Source: an uncultured Akkermansia sp. (GTDB taxonomy: Bacteria > Verrucomicrobiota > Kiritimatiellia > RFP12 > UBA1067). From it: a DNA stretch of 42,795 bases. The notes under the pieces were generated by a model. That model saw only the letters and a list, made by a program, of their open reading frames with translations, had not been told where the DNA came from and made no database searches. The stretch lies in the NCBI GenBank assembly GCA_964459675.1, contig CAYWNP010000004.1, positions 1-42,795 of the forward strand. The letters run 5' to 3'. The translations under genes were made by a program, and so were the position numbers. Below, in pieces: positions 42,482 to 42,795 of this stretch (positions are counted from its first letter, which is position 1; every line of letters starts with the position of its first letter).

Positions 42482-42795
42482 CTACCCAATATGTTTTCTG
42501 TAAAGGCGGACGAGGAAGCTGGCGAGGGCGGCGGCTTCGGCTTCGGTGTTGTCTCTGGAGAAAGAGATGCGGATGGTGCCGGATGCGTGAGGGACGGGGA
42601 GCTGGATGGCGCGAAGGACATGGGAAATCACGGTCTCTTTTGAGTTACAGGCCGAGCCGGTGGAGACGGCGACGCCCTTAAGATCGAGGATATTCAGCAG
42701 CCCCTCCGCGTTCATGCCAGGCAGTGAGAGGCTGATCAGGAGAGGCAGAGGGGTCGTAATTAGACATAGGACATTCATCATCCCTTCTCCTCAAG
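42482..42795 (-). CDS. Cysteine desulfurase (NifS/IscS-like), C-terminal part; 5' end outside window
   Basis: VSTGSACNS active-site Cys loop and SGTIRISFSRDNTEAE. The reading frame stays open to the window edge. Confidence 0.75.

Noticed and set aside
1-42795. Search for a multi-gene defence or other novel system (ATPase/nuclease/helicase/methylase clusters, retron, DGR, toxin cassettes beyond VapBC)
   Set aside because: Every ORF above about 130 aa is either assignable to a housekeeping or common family, or is an isolated hypothetical without partner genes. I see no reverse transcriptase, no Cas, restriction or Abi-like genes, and no template/variable repeat pairs.

Overview
This is a dense 42.8-kb chromosomal segment with about 40 protein genes and one tRNA. 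I see no rRNA, CRISPR array or prophage. Almost all genes are housekeeping: beta-CASP RNase (5' truncated), NifU-like, RluA-type pseudouridine synthase, thiN, psd-pssA, recO, a parvulin PPIase, mtaB, a biotin-dependent carboxyltransferase (OadA/PycB type), carB, tRNA-Thr(UGU), fusA, bioA-bioD, rsgA, hemW, purE, nnr, HIT, CBS-type family II pyrophosphatase, tsaD, rpmB, a mannose-1-P guanylyltransferase, truA and a 5'-truncated cysteine desulfurase. The gene content also includes a Minf_1886-type protein, DUF1080, a GHL10 hydrolase-like protein, sialate O-acetylesterase and a PQQ-propeller protein. Together with the repeat content, this suggests a PVC-superphylum genome (Verrucomicrobiota, Kiritimatiellota or Lentisphaerota-like); that placement is inference only. 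I do not find a convincing novel multi-gene system, and there is no defence-type ATPase/nuclease/helicase cluster. The unusual content is mostly non-coding. (1) A consensus promoter, a multi-hairpin C-rich RNA and a strong intrinsic terminator sit directly upstream of thiN. (2) A RAYT-type HUH transposase gene is flanked on both sides by tandem 81-bp REP units. (3) At least three further structured repeat families fill the larger intergenic gaps, including a 98-bp hairpin element that brackets mtaB as a direct repeat. (4) A VapBC module with an apparently leaderless, operator-bearing promoter lies next to an AT-richer hemerythrin gene. A few uncharacterised proteins are flagged at low to moderate interest: a Zn-ribbon/coiled-coil protein after rpmB, a multi-pass membrane protein, and the GHL10 N-terminal domain. 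The ORF track uses non-ATG starts, so several listed 5' ends are over-extended. I corrected these where sequence evidence allowed.
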